Assembly (NCBI GenBank): GCA_048772705.1
Contig: JBLWGC010000008.1
Span: 1-16,483, forward strand
Direction of reading: 5' to 3'
Source: Leidyana gryllorum EB-2025a
Taxonomy: Eukaryota; Protista; Apicomplexa
Length of the DNA stretch: 16,483 nt
A model generated the notes under the pieces. That model searched no databases and had not been told where the DNA came from. It worked only from the letters and a program-made list of their open reading frames with translations. Positions 8,701 through 15,411 of the stretch are shown here, one piece after another. Every line of letters begins with the position of its first letter. Positions within the stretch are counted from its first letter, which is position 1. The position numbers and the translations under genes are program-made.

Positions 8701-9257
8701 AATCACAGAAACACCAGGCAGATAAACGAAGGCAGCGGATCAGCTTCACGTTAGGAGAACAGGTATTGTTGAGCACGAAGAATTTAGCACACGTACCAAC
8801 TCACAAACTTTCGATCCCATTCTGCGGACCCTTCAGGGTCGTACGAATAGGCGAGAACGACACATACACCATTGACCTACCGCAGGGATGGGGCATTTTC
8901 CCCAAGTTTCACGCGAGTAGGCTGGAGAAGTTTACACAGAGGCAAGCAGAGCAGGAAGACCCAGCAAGAGAAGGTCAATCCGCTAACGACGACGCAGAGA
9001 ATGAACCATTGTATTTGATGCAAGCCATCACGGGCTGGAGACCCACAGAACAAGGGATCCAATACAGAGTCAGATGGGCTGGATACACACAGGAAACATG
9101 GGAACCGGCGGAAGAAGTCCTAGCAGCACAAGGGGCGGACCTTATAGAGGACTTCAGGAGACAATGGAATCGCAGGAACCCGAACAACCCCTTTCACACA
9201 GAACCGGAACGGCAACAAACCACGAATTTGGACCAGCTGGGCCCGGGAGGGGTGTAA
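5574..9257 (+). CDS. pol: Pol of B1: protease, RT, RNase H, integrase, chromodomain; in the -1 frame relative to gag and probably entered by frameshift at ~5745
   Basis: LVDTGA; RLVCDYRRLN, LDLKAGYHQ, YLDD; YTDAS, ERELLA, TDHKPL, ADLLSR; H..H..C..C; IDF, SDRD, PQSNGLTER; GPF; QYRVRWAGY...TWEP chromodomain (~9010-9160). Confidence 0.96.
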   Translation: MCQGKEMLQLWRQRTPRMEVPRAKRRPTSKAVRDWKTSETGETHEGSLRNRGRNRGFSRRPRANADRSINKGPKREANGTLTTVWQLSRDERGPKMDVCVLVDTGATIPCINEATTRGLNLRRTGDHATLRTVQGTCGRELAEAQLYTNQGQSIRIRGALLPNMPYDVIISTSVIVKLGLCITVTKGKRLCILERYAVDVKEPTKEDWWADEQLHAAEVYVTEDLERTSMQPLDTPIDIPAKYAPLIQAYPEITRTETPLPPVRPGVDHRIELKDKNTTPFVRAPYRVPQRYITELRNQIVELKKAKKIQLSSSSWASPCLFVPKKDTAVPRLVCDYRRLNDATLKMASPIPALDEALQALAGATWFSTLDLKAGYHQIRMAPDSCSLTAFSTPWGLYEWTVMPNGLTNAPATFMNFMNQVFADLIGTSVFVYLDDVLVFSRTEEEHEDHLREVFERLKQNDLIIHNRKSHFFKREVTYLGHVIGESGAKPISERVDTLRELAYPTTLKETQRVLGMLNYYRRFIPHFANKAQPLYQLMHGCKRPSDRVADTEEARESLEQLKRSLAEASTLRHPTQLTQELTIYTDASLTAIGAALHLPAEQGGCPVEFISRTLTAAQTRYPTHERELLAIVEACRHWRHLLIGRKTTIMTDHKPLTHLLSQSHLSDRQARWLIHLAELDLEIKYIPGTKNIIADLLSRPRKQRNEPRHRETQAECNAVDQAPGTDAGEEISALEGRLRDAWKGREAEAGKQGEVEWINGLPVTPDGTIEVPTDLSLIKDIIEDNHDSALAGHLAADKTIGRIRALFSWKGLAMDTANYCRSCATCQRAKKRGHRPYGLLHPLSNPTLPWAEVGIDFLELPKDRETGKDYLLVVVDRLTRRLRLIPCEKSITAKDAAELFLDQVVKVHGAPMKIVSDRDTRFAAETWKEVMRSIGARPAMTTAYHPQSNGLTERANRSVLQILRCVLGGHRDRWMNHILSTEMAYNSAVQASTRMSPLELDTGRITFLPSRLNEIASTRSTMGKLHLQKMQEAIDRLSEATESQKHQADKRRQRISFTLGEQVLLSTKNLAHVPTHKLSIPFCGPFRVVRIGENDTYTIDLPQGWGIFPKFHASRLEKFTQRQAEQEDPAREGQSANDDAENEPLYLMQAITGWRPTEQGIQYRVRWAGYTQETWEPAEEVLAAQGADLIEDFRRQWNRRNPNNPFHTEPERQQTTNLDQLGPGGV
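5739..5791 (+). promoter_or_regulatory. Putative -1 programmed ribosomal frameshift signal of B1
   Basis: G GAT TTT heptamer in the gag frame (5739-5745), 6-nt spacer, then a bulged stem GGCCCC-GAGC...GCTC...GGGGCC, inside the gag/pol overlap. Confidence 0.75.
9245..9252 (+). promoter_or_regulatory. Polypurine tract of B1
   Basis: GGGAGGGG abutting the TG of the 3' LTR. Confidence 0.8.
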
Positions 9258-9467
9258 GGGCTGCGAGAAGTGTTTGACGGAAGCCGGCCGGAGCCGGTCA
9301 TCCATGGTAAGTCTGTGTCTCCGGAGACCGGCCGGCCGGCAAAAGGAGACACGGACACACGTGTGTAGTGCCTTTTTACTTACGTGATTCGGCATCAACG
9401 AGAATAATGGACTTACGAAACGGCAAGGTACTCACCTTAGACAGTAGCACAAGGAACCCGTGTTACA
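9253..9467 (+). repeat. 3' LTR of B1 (215 bp)
   Basis: Identical to 4503-4717. Confidence 0.97.
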
Positions 9468-9472
9468 CCCGC
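9468..9472 (+). repeat. Target-site duplication of B1 (CCCGC), right copy
   Basis: Matches 4498-4502. Confidence 0.95.
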
Positions 9473-9839
9473 ACGCTGTTGCCCTGATGAGCAAGGGGAG
9501 TGCTCGGTCTGGGTATCCACGCGCTGCCAGCGCTATGGCCCAGTTGTGGCATTGATCGTCAAATTCCTGTTCGGACGCGGGGTCGAAGGTCTGCTTGACC
9601 CTCAGTTGCTGGAACATCCGCGCAACCATGTCTGCGTCTCGTCTTCCTAGTGCAGGGCGACCCCTGTCATCTTCGTCTATGGACTCGTAACCACTGTCCT
9701 CACTGTCAGAGGGCCCCGGACCCCACGGATCCCAGGTGGGTACACTTACTCGCTGTTTCCCGGCAGATGCACCACTTTGAGTGGTTCTGGGAGTGCGAGG
9801 GCTTAAATGATACGTTTCTGGGTTATTAGCGTCGAGCAT
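9468..9839 (-). CDS. gag: N-terminal 124 codons of element A Gag, cut off by the B1 insertion
   Basis: Removing B1 and one TSD joins ...RATACG to SLGETL... (4497 downward) in frame. Confidence 0.85.
9757..9774 (-). promoter_or_regulatory. Primer binding site of element A, tRNA-Gly-like (18 nt)
   Basis: Minus strand TGGTGCATCTGCCGGGAA, 3 nt after the LTR; complement TTCCCGGCAGATGCACCA resembles the eukaryotic tRNA-Gly 3' end (TTCCCGGCnnATGCACCA). Confidence 0.8.
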
Positions 9840-9948
9840 CGTGGTCTAGCTTCTGTCTTTTGCAAAACAATAAACTACCGCTACGGGTGTTACGTCTCTA
9901 GGGAGACGTTGTGTCTCTAGGAAGTTGTTACTTTCCTTTCACCTCTCA
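9778..9948 (-). repeat. 5' LTR of element A (171 bp)
   Basis: TG...CA ends with a 7/8 terminal inverted repeat (TGAGTGGT / ACCTCTCA); matches 1-168. Confidence 0.95.
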
Positions 9949-10195
9949 GACACCGAATTAAGCAGTTTGGTCGTAGTAAAGCACCTTGTGCCCGGCCATA
10001 CCCGGCCGGGGAGACACACGTTGACACACACGCGTTTTGACTGATTGAGTGATTGAACATTGACTACCAAAAACTACGGTTAGATGATGCCAGCTACCAT
10101 TCCGCCGCAACAAAAGGATTCGACCACTGAAAACCAACCGACGCATTCACCTCTGCTCGACCCAACCAGACAGGACAGTAACGGTTCACAAATCA
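9949..10195 (+). repeat. Probable right-hand part of the 5' LTR of element C
   Basis: Ends in CA (10194-10195, or 10189-10190) just before a PBS; no second copy in the window, so boundaries are inferred. Confidence 0.55.
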
Positions 10196-11754
10196 TTGGG
10201 GGCTGTTCTGGGAACCGTTACGTTGGACTGTTACTGGAGCTAGCACAGGGTAGAGTGAAACCGCGCTTCTCAACACCACCGGGAGTGGCTGAGGCGGAAA
10301 GACAGCAGGAGGACCAGGCCAAGGCAATTAAATACCTAGATCTACCGGTGTTCTGTCCAAGAACAGAAATAGAGTTCGAAGACTGGGTTGACAAAGCCGC
10401 GGCCGAGGTCAATAGGAGGAAGGCCTCCCTCGCCACATTCCAGAAGAAGTGGAGTGCGGTCTGCAGGAACCCCACCTGGGCCACTATTATTGACGAAGTG
10501 TCGGATGCGTCGACATACGAAGACCTTGTCAATAGGGTGGCTCGGGAAACATTCAAGACCGTCGGAGTGGTGGAGGAGCTGGAGGTGGCGCTGGAGCAGC
10601 CCAAACGGGAGGAGTCAGTGGACGAGGCCCTCCAAGGAATCCTAACGGCAGCCCAGCGTCACCTACGTGTGGCGGTTCGAAAAGGATACCCGATAGAGGA
10701 AGTCGTTCACACACGACACCAGCTAGCGCGAGCAGTGCAAAGGGCACTACCATCAAGAATAGCTGCAGCATACCCGAAGCGAAAGCTCTGGATAGTGGCG
10801 GAGGAATGGTATGCCGAGCTCATTAATATTGAAGATCGGATGCAGCCTGTGGAGTCGGTGGAGATGGCATACCCAGCCATCAAGAAGCCAAGAGTGGAGG
10901 AGAAAAATGTTGACGCCAAAATGGTACCACATGGACCCTCGAGGGCGTGTGGGAAATGTGGAGGAATGCATTGGCATAAAGATTGCCCTCATAAAGAAAC
11001 AGTGTGTCACACATGCCATAGAAAGGGGCATCTTAGAGAGTACTGCAGACATCAGCGATTCACAGGAAAGGCAGGAAATACACAGATGATCGTGGAGCGT
11101 GACTCCCGAGGCAATGCAACAGTATCGGTCCCTGGAGATGGGACCCGATATGAACAACTGCAGAAAGCCACTAACATACTAAAGTGGCAGAAAGAGGCAT
11201 TGGCCCCAAAACGAAAGAGTCCGCCTCAACACGAAGGCGAGACTGACATCGCCGAAAGGGCGCAGATAGCACAGATCCCCAGCGAGCGGGTCTTACTAGC
11301 GGATGACGAGGACGATGAAAGTAGGGGACTCTCAGAGATGAATCCAACCAAACCTACTGTGCAGGCCTCGACATTCAACTTATATATCCGTATTAACGGC
11401 CACACGGAAATGGCCTGTGCGGATACTGGAGCGTCCAGGACGCTATGCTCAGAACAAGTGGCAGAACGGTTAGGCTTGACGCCGACAGGCCACCAATGTG
11501 AATTCCTAGGTCTAGGAGTCCGACAAGGCCGCCAAATGAAGGCGGTACAAGTTCAGATCGGTGACCGCATAAGGAACTTACACTTTTACGCAGTAGCGGG
11601 GACCCCAGAAATTGCAACGCTCCTATCCTTGAGGGATCTGAGAACGTTCAACGTCATGGTGGACCCTGTTAGAATGTTGCTACGAGATAGTGACACTGGC
11701 GAAGCGGTCACAACAGGCATGAAACCCGTTTGGACAGCGGGAGGGTGCATGTAA
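10084..11754 (+). CDS. gag: Element C Gag-protease ORF, terminated by a TAA supplied by the B2 LTR
   Basis: CGKCGGMHWHKDC (CX2CX3HX4C) and CHTCHRKGHLREYC (CX2CX4HX4C); ACADTGASRTL and TLLSLRDL aspartic protease motifs in the same frame. Confidence 0.88.
   Translation: MMPATIPPQQKDSTTENQPTHSPLLDPTRQDSNGSQIIGGCSGNRYVGLLLELAQGRVKPRFSTPPGVAEAERQQEDQAKAIKYLDLPVFCPRTEIEFEDWVDKAAAEVNRRKASLATFQKKWSAVCRNPTWATIIDEVSDASTYEDLVNRVARETFKTVGVVEELEVALEQPKREESVDEALQGILTAAQRHLRVAVRKGYPIEEVVHTRHQLARAVQRALPSRIAAAYPKRKLWIVAEEWYAELINIEDRMQPVESVEMAYPAIKKPRVEEKNVDAKMVPHGPSRACGKCGGMHWHKDCPHKETVCHTCHRKGHLREYCRHQRFTGKAGNTQMIVERDSRGNATVSVPGDGTRYEQLQKATNILKWQKEALAPKRKSPPQHEGETDIAERAQIAQIPSERVLLADDEDDESRGLSEMNPTKPTVQASTFNLYIRINGHTEMACADTGASRTLCSEQVAERLGLTPTGHQCEFLGLGVRQGRQMKAVQVQIGDRIRNLHFYAVAGTPEIATLLSLRDLRTFNVMVDPVRMLLRDSDTGEAVTTGMKPVWTAGGCM
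10197..10214 (+). promoter_or_regulatory. Primer binding site of element C, tRNA-Pro-like
   Basis: TGGGGGCTGTTCTGGGAA closely resembles the tRNA-Pro PBS of MLV (TGGGGGCTCGTCCGGGAT). Confidence 0.75.
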
Positions 11755-11964
11755 CACGGGTTCCTTGTGCTACTGTCTAAGGTGAGTACCTTGCCGTTTC
11801 GTAAGTCCATTATTCTCGTTGATGCCGAATCACGTAAGTAAAAAGGCACTACACACGTGTGTCCGTGTCTCCTTTTGCCGGCCGGCCGGTCTCCGGAGAC
11901 ACAGACTTACCATGGATGACCGGCTCCGGCCGGCTTCCGTCAAACACTTCTCGCAGCCCTTACA
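11750..11964 (-). repeat. 3' LTR of B2 (215 bp)
   Basis: Reverse complement of 9253-9467; PPT at 11965-11972. Confidence 0.97.
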
Positions 11965-12546
11965 CCCCTCCCGGGCCCAGCTGGTCCAAATTCGTGGTTT
12001 GTTGCCGTTCCGGTTCTGTGTGAAAGGGGTTGTTCGGGTTCCTGCGATTCCATTGTCTCCTGAAGTCCTCTATAAGGTCCGCCCCTTGTGCTGCTAGGAC
12101 TTCTTCCGCCGGTTCCCATGTTTCCTGTGTGTATCCAGCCCATCTGACTCTGTATTGGATCCCTTGTTCTGTGGGTCTCCAGCCCGTGATGGCTTGCATC
12201 AAATACAATGGTTCATTCTCTGCGTCGTCGTTAGCGGATTGACCTTCTCTTGCTGGGTCTTCCTGCTCTGCTTGCCTCTGTGTAAACTTCTCCAGCCTAC
12301 TCGCGTGAAACTTGGGGAAAATGCCCCATCCCTGCGGTAGGTCAATGGTGTATGTGTCGTTCTCGCCTATTCGTACGACCCTGAAGGGTCCGCAGAATGG
12401 GATCGAAAGTTTGTGAGTTGGTACGTGTGCTAAATTCTTCGTGCTCAACAATACCTGTTCTCCTAACGTGAAGCTGATCCGCTGCCTTCGTTTATCTGCC
12501 TGGTGTTTCTGTGATTCTGTAGCTTCACTCAGCCGGTCAATGGCTT
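11960..12546 (-). pseudogene. pol: Orphaned C-terminus of B2 integrase (GPF/SH3-like region and chromodomain)
   Basis: Matches B1 8671-9257 but lies downstream of the premature stop and the deletion. Confidence 0.9.
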
Positions 12547-12588
12547 TGTAAGCGTGTTGTGCAGGTCGGCGAAACCCGCATGCGGTCG

Positions 12589-15411
12589 TCAGGCTGGGCG
12601 GGCACCGATGCTCCTCATTACCTCCTTCCATGTCTCCGCCGCGAATCGCGTGTCGCGGTCGGACACTATCTTCATTGGAGCTCCATGTACCTTGACCACT
12701 TGATCCAGAAACAGCTCCGCCGCATCTTTGGCGGTGATCGATTTCTCGCAAGGGATCAGGCGCAGTCGCCTGGTGAGCCGGTCCACTACTACCAGAAGGT
12801 AGTCCTTTCCTGTTTCGCGATCTTTTGGTAGCTCCAGGAAATCGATCCCCACCTCCGCCCAAGGAAGCGTGGGGTTCGACAGTGGGTGGAGTAGCCCATA
12901 TGGCCTATGTCCTCGTTTTTTCGCCCTCTGGCATGTTGCGCATGACCTGCAGTAGTTCGCTGTGTCCATTGCCAGACCTTTCCAGCTGAAGAGCGCTCGA
13001 ATTCGGCCTATAGTCTTGTCCGCGGCTAAGTGTCCGGCGAGCGCGCTGTCGTGGTTGTCTTCAATGATATCCTTTATGAGGCTAAGATCTGTTGGCACTT
13101 CTATGGTTCCGTCTGGGGTCACTGGTAAGCCATTGATCCACTCGACCTCTCCCTGCTTTCCTGCTTCAGCCTCGCGTCCTTTCCACGCATCTCTCAGTCT
13201 GCCCTCTAGTGCGCTGATCTCTTCGCCCGCGTCCGTCCCTGGTGCCTGGTCCACGGCGTTGCATTCCGCCTGTGTTTCTCTGTGTCTTGGTTCGTTCCGC
13301 TGTTTTCGCGGTCGGCTCAATAGATCCGCAATTATATTTTTTGTTCCTGGTATGTATTTTATTTCAAGATCGAGTTCGGCCAAGTGTATTAACCAACGGG
13401 CTTGCCTATCGGACAGGTGTGATTGTGATAGTAGGTGCGTTAACGGTTTGTGATCAGTCATAATCGTTGTCTTCCTTCCTATTAATAGGTGTCTCCAATG
13501 GCGGCAGGCCTCCACTATCGCCAAGAGTTCCCGTTCGTGTGTCGGGTAACGAGTTTGGGCTGCTGTGAGCGTTCTTGAAATGAATTCGACAGGACATCCC
13601 CCCTGTTCCGCTGGGAGATGGAGTGCTGCTCCAATTGCCGTGAGACTGGCATCGGTATATATGGTAAGCTCTTGCGTTAGTTGTGTCGGGTGGCGTAGTG
13701 TTGACGCCTCTGCTAAGCTCCGTTTCAGTTGTTCCAATGACTCTCGCGCTTCCTCGGTGTCCGCCACTCGATCACTCGGGCGTTTGCATCCGTGCATCAG
13801 TTGGTACAGTGGCTGTGCTTTGTTGGCGAAGTGAGGTATAAATCGTCGATAATAGTTGAGCATGCCCAGTACCCTTTGCGTTTCCTTCAGCGTTGTAGGG
13901 TATGCCAATTCACGCAGCGTGTCCACTCTCTCGCTGATCGGTTTCGCCCCGCTTTCTCCTATCACGTGCCCTAAGTAAGTCACTTCGCGCTTGAAGAAAT
14001 GTGACTTTCTGTTGTGTATTATTAGATCATTCTGCTTGAGCCTTTCGAACACTTCCCGCAGGTGATCCTCGTGTTCTTCCTCTGTTCTCGAGAAGACTAA
14101 AACATCGTCCAGATAGACGAAGACTGACGTGCCTATCAGGTCCGCAAAGACCTGGTTCATGAAGTTCATAAAGGTGGCCGGGGCGTTTGTTAATCCGTTG
14201 GGCATGACTGTCCACTCGTACAGTCCCCACGGGGTGGAGAAGGCGGTAAGGCTGCATGAATCTGGTGCCATTCTTATTTGGTGGTATCCCGCTTTCAGGT
14301 CTAGTGTGGAGAACCACGTGGCACCCGCTAAGGCTTGCAGTGCCTCATCTAGCGCCGGTATGGGTGACGCCATCTTTAGAGTGGCGTCATTCAGCCTTCT
14401 ATAATCACAGACCAGCCTGGGCACCGCCGTGTCCTTCTTGGGTACGAAGAGGCACGGTGATGCCCAGCTCGATGAGCTGAGTTGAATCTTCTTGGCCTTC
14501 TTTAGCTCCACTATCTGGTTGCGTAACTCTGTGATATATCTTTGAGGTACTCTATATGGTGCTCGAACGAATGGAGTCGTGTTCTTATCTTTCAGTTCGA
14601 TCCGATGATCCACACCTGGTCTCACTGGCGGCAGTGGTGTTTCCGTTCGGGTGATTTCTGGGTACGCTTGGATCAAGGGAGCGTACTTTGCTGGAATGTC
14701 TATTGGTGTGTCTAACGGTTGCATTGACGTCCGCTCCAGGTCTTCAGTGACATACACTTCTGCTGCATGTAGCTGCTCGTCCGCCCACCAGTCTTCCTTT
14801 GTTGGCTCCTTCACATCGACCGCATATCTCTCTAAAATGCACAAGCGCTTCCCTTTCGTCACGGTAATGCAGAGCCCCAATTTGACTATCACTGATGTGC
14901 TTATGATCACGTCATACGGCATGTTGGGGAGTAGTGCTCCTCTGATTCGAATTGACTGTCCTTGGTTCGTGTAAAGTTGTGCTTCGGCTAGTTCTCGTCC
15001 ACATGTGCCTTGGACCGTGCGGAGCGTTGCGTGGTCACCCGTTCGTCGTAAGTTCAACCCCCTTGTGGTTGCTTCGTTGATGCATGGTATAGTTGCCCCC
15101 GTGTCCACGAGGACACAAACGTCCATCTTCGGACCTCTTTCGTCCCGACTCAGCTGCCACACCGTTGTCAGCGTCCCGTTAGCCTCTCTTTTGGGCCCCT
15201 TGTTTATTGAGCGGTCGGCGTTTGCTCGGGGCCTCCGCGAAAATCCTCGGTTCCTTCCTCTGTTGCGTAAACTGCCCTCGTGGGTCTCTCCTGTCTCGCT
15301 GGTCTTCCAGTCGCGAACCGCTTTGCTGGTCGGTCGTCTCTTGGCTCGGGGCACTTCCATGCGAGGTGTCCTCTGTCTCCACAATTGAAGCATCTCCTTT
15401 CCTTGGCACAC
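12589..15411 (-). CDS. pol: Pol of B2 (PR-RT-RNase H-integrase N-half), truncated before the catalytic Glu of integrase
   Basis: Same protein as B1 Pol for 940 aa; loss of the A of ATG (B1 8394) creates TGA at 12589-12591. Confidence 0.92.
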   Translation of the reverse strand: MCQGKEMLQLWRQRTPRMEVPRAKRRPTSKAVRDWKTSETGETHEGSLRNRGRNRGFSRRPRANADRSINKGPKREANGTLTTVWQLSRDERGPKMDVCVLVDTGATIPCINEATTRGLNLRRTGDHATLRTVQGTCGRELAEAQLYTNQGQSIRIRGALLPNMPYDVIISTSVIVKLGLCITVTKGKRLCILERYAVDVKEPTKEDWWADEQLHAAEVYVTEDLERTSMQPLDTPIDIPAKYAPLIQAYPEITRTETPLPPVRPGVDHRIELKDKNTTPFVRAPYRVPQRYITELRNQIVELKKAKKIQLSSSSWASPCLFVPKKDTAVPRLVCDYRRLNDATLKMASPIPALDEALQALAGATWFSTLDLKAGYHQIRMAPDSCSLTAFSTPWGLYEWTVMPNGLTNAPATFMNFMNQVFADLIGTSVFVYLDDVLVFSRTEEEHEDHLREVFERLKQNDLIIHNRKSHFFKREVTYLGHVIGESGAKPISERVDTLRELAYPTTLKETQRVLGMLNYYRRFIPHFANKAQPLYQLMHGCKRPSDRVADTEEARESLEQLKRSLAEASTLRHPTQLTQELTIYTDASLTAIGAALHLPAEQGGCPVEFISRTLTAAQTRYPTHERELLAIVEACRHWRHLLIGRKTTIMTDHKPLTHLLSQSHLSDRQARWLIHLAELDLEIKYIPGTKNIIADLLSRPRKQRNEPRHRETQAECNAVDQAPGTDAGEEISALEGRLRDAWKGREAEAGKQGEVEWINGLPVTPDGTIEVPTDLSLIKDIIEDNHDSALAGHLAADKTIGRIRALFSWKGLAMDTANYCRSCATCQRAKKRGHRPYGLLHPLSNPTLPWAEVGIDFLELPKDRETGKDYLLVVVDRLTRRLRLIPCEKSITAKDAAELFLDQVVKVHGAPMKIVSDRDTRFAAETWKEVMRSIGARPA
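15194..15246 (-). promoter_or_regulatory. Putative -1 frameshift signal of B2
   Basis: Reverse-complement copy of 5739-5791. Confidence 0.7.

Larger units (their letters stand above)
4503..9467 (+). mobile_element. Element B1: full-length, apparently intact chromovirus-type Ty3/Gypsy LTR retrotransposon (4965 bp)
   Basis: Identical 215-bp TG...CA LTRs, 5-bp TSD, PBS, PPT, uninterrupted gag and pol with C-terminal chromodomain. Confidence 0.97.
1..9948 (-). mobile_element. Element A: Ty3/Gypsy LTR retrotransposon without chromodomain, interrupted by B1; last 3 bp of its 3' LTR fall outside the window
   Basis: Direct repeats 1-168 = 9781-9948; PBS next to one LTR and PPT next to the other; domain order gag(CCHC x2)-PR-RT-RNaseH-IN on the minus strand. 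Confidence 0.95.
9949..11749 (+). mobile_element. Element C: visible part of a third Ty3/Gypsy-like LTR element, cut on the left by A and on the right by B2
   Basis: PBS at 10197 followed by gag-CCHC-protease coding; no obvious similarity to A or B coding sequence. Confidence 0.8.

Noticed and set aside
9757-9774. tRNA-like sequence here and at 10197-10214
   Set aside because: Only 18-nt 3'-end complements next to LTRs; these are PBSs, not tRNA genes
9468-11749. Spacer already inverted by recombination between B1 and B2, or one giant TIR transposon
   Set aside because: B1 has matching CCCGC TSDs and A's gag rejoins in frame, so B1 and B2 are independent insertions in the original arrangement
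11960-12862. 300-aa ORF ending in a chromodomain, as a stand-alone chromodomain gene
   Set aside because: Chimera of an off-frame pol segment, the 33-bp filler and the integrase tail, created by the B2 lesion
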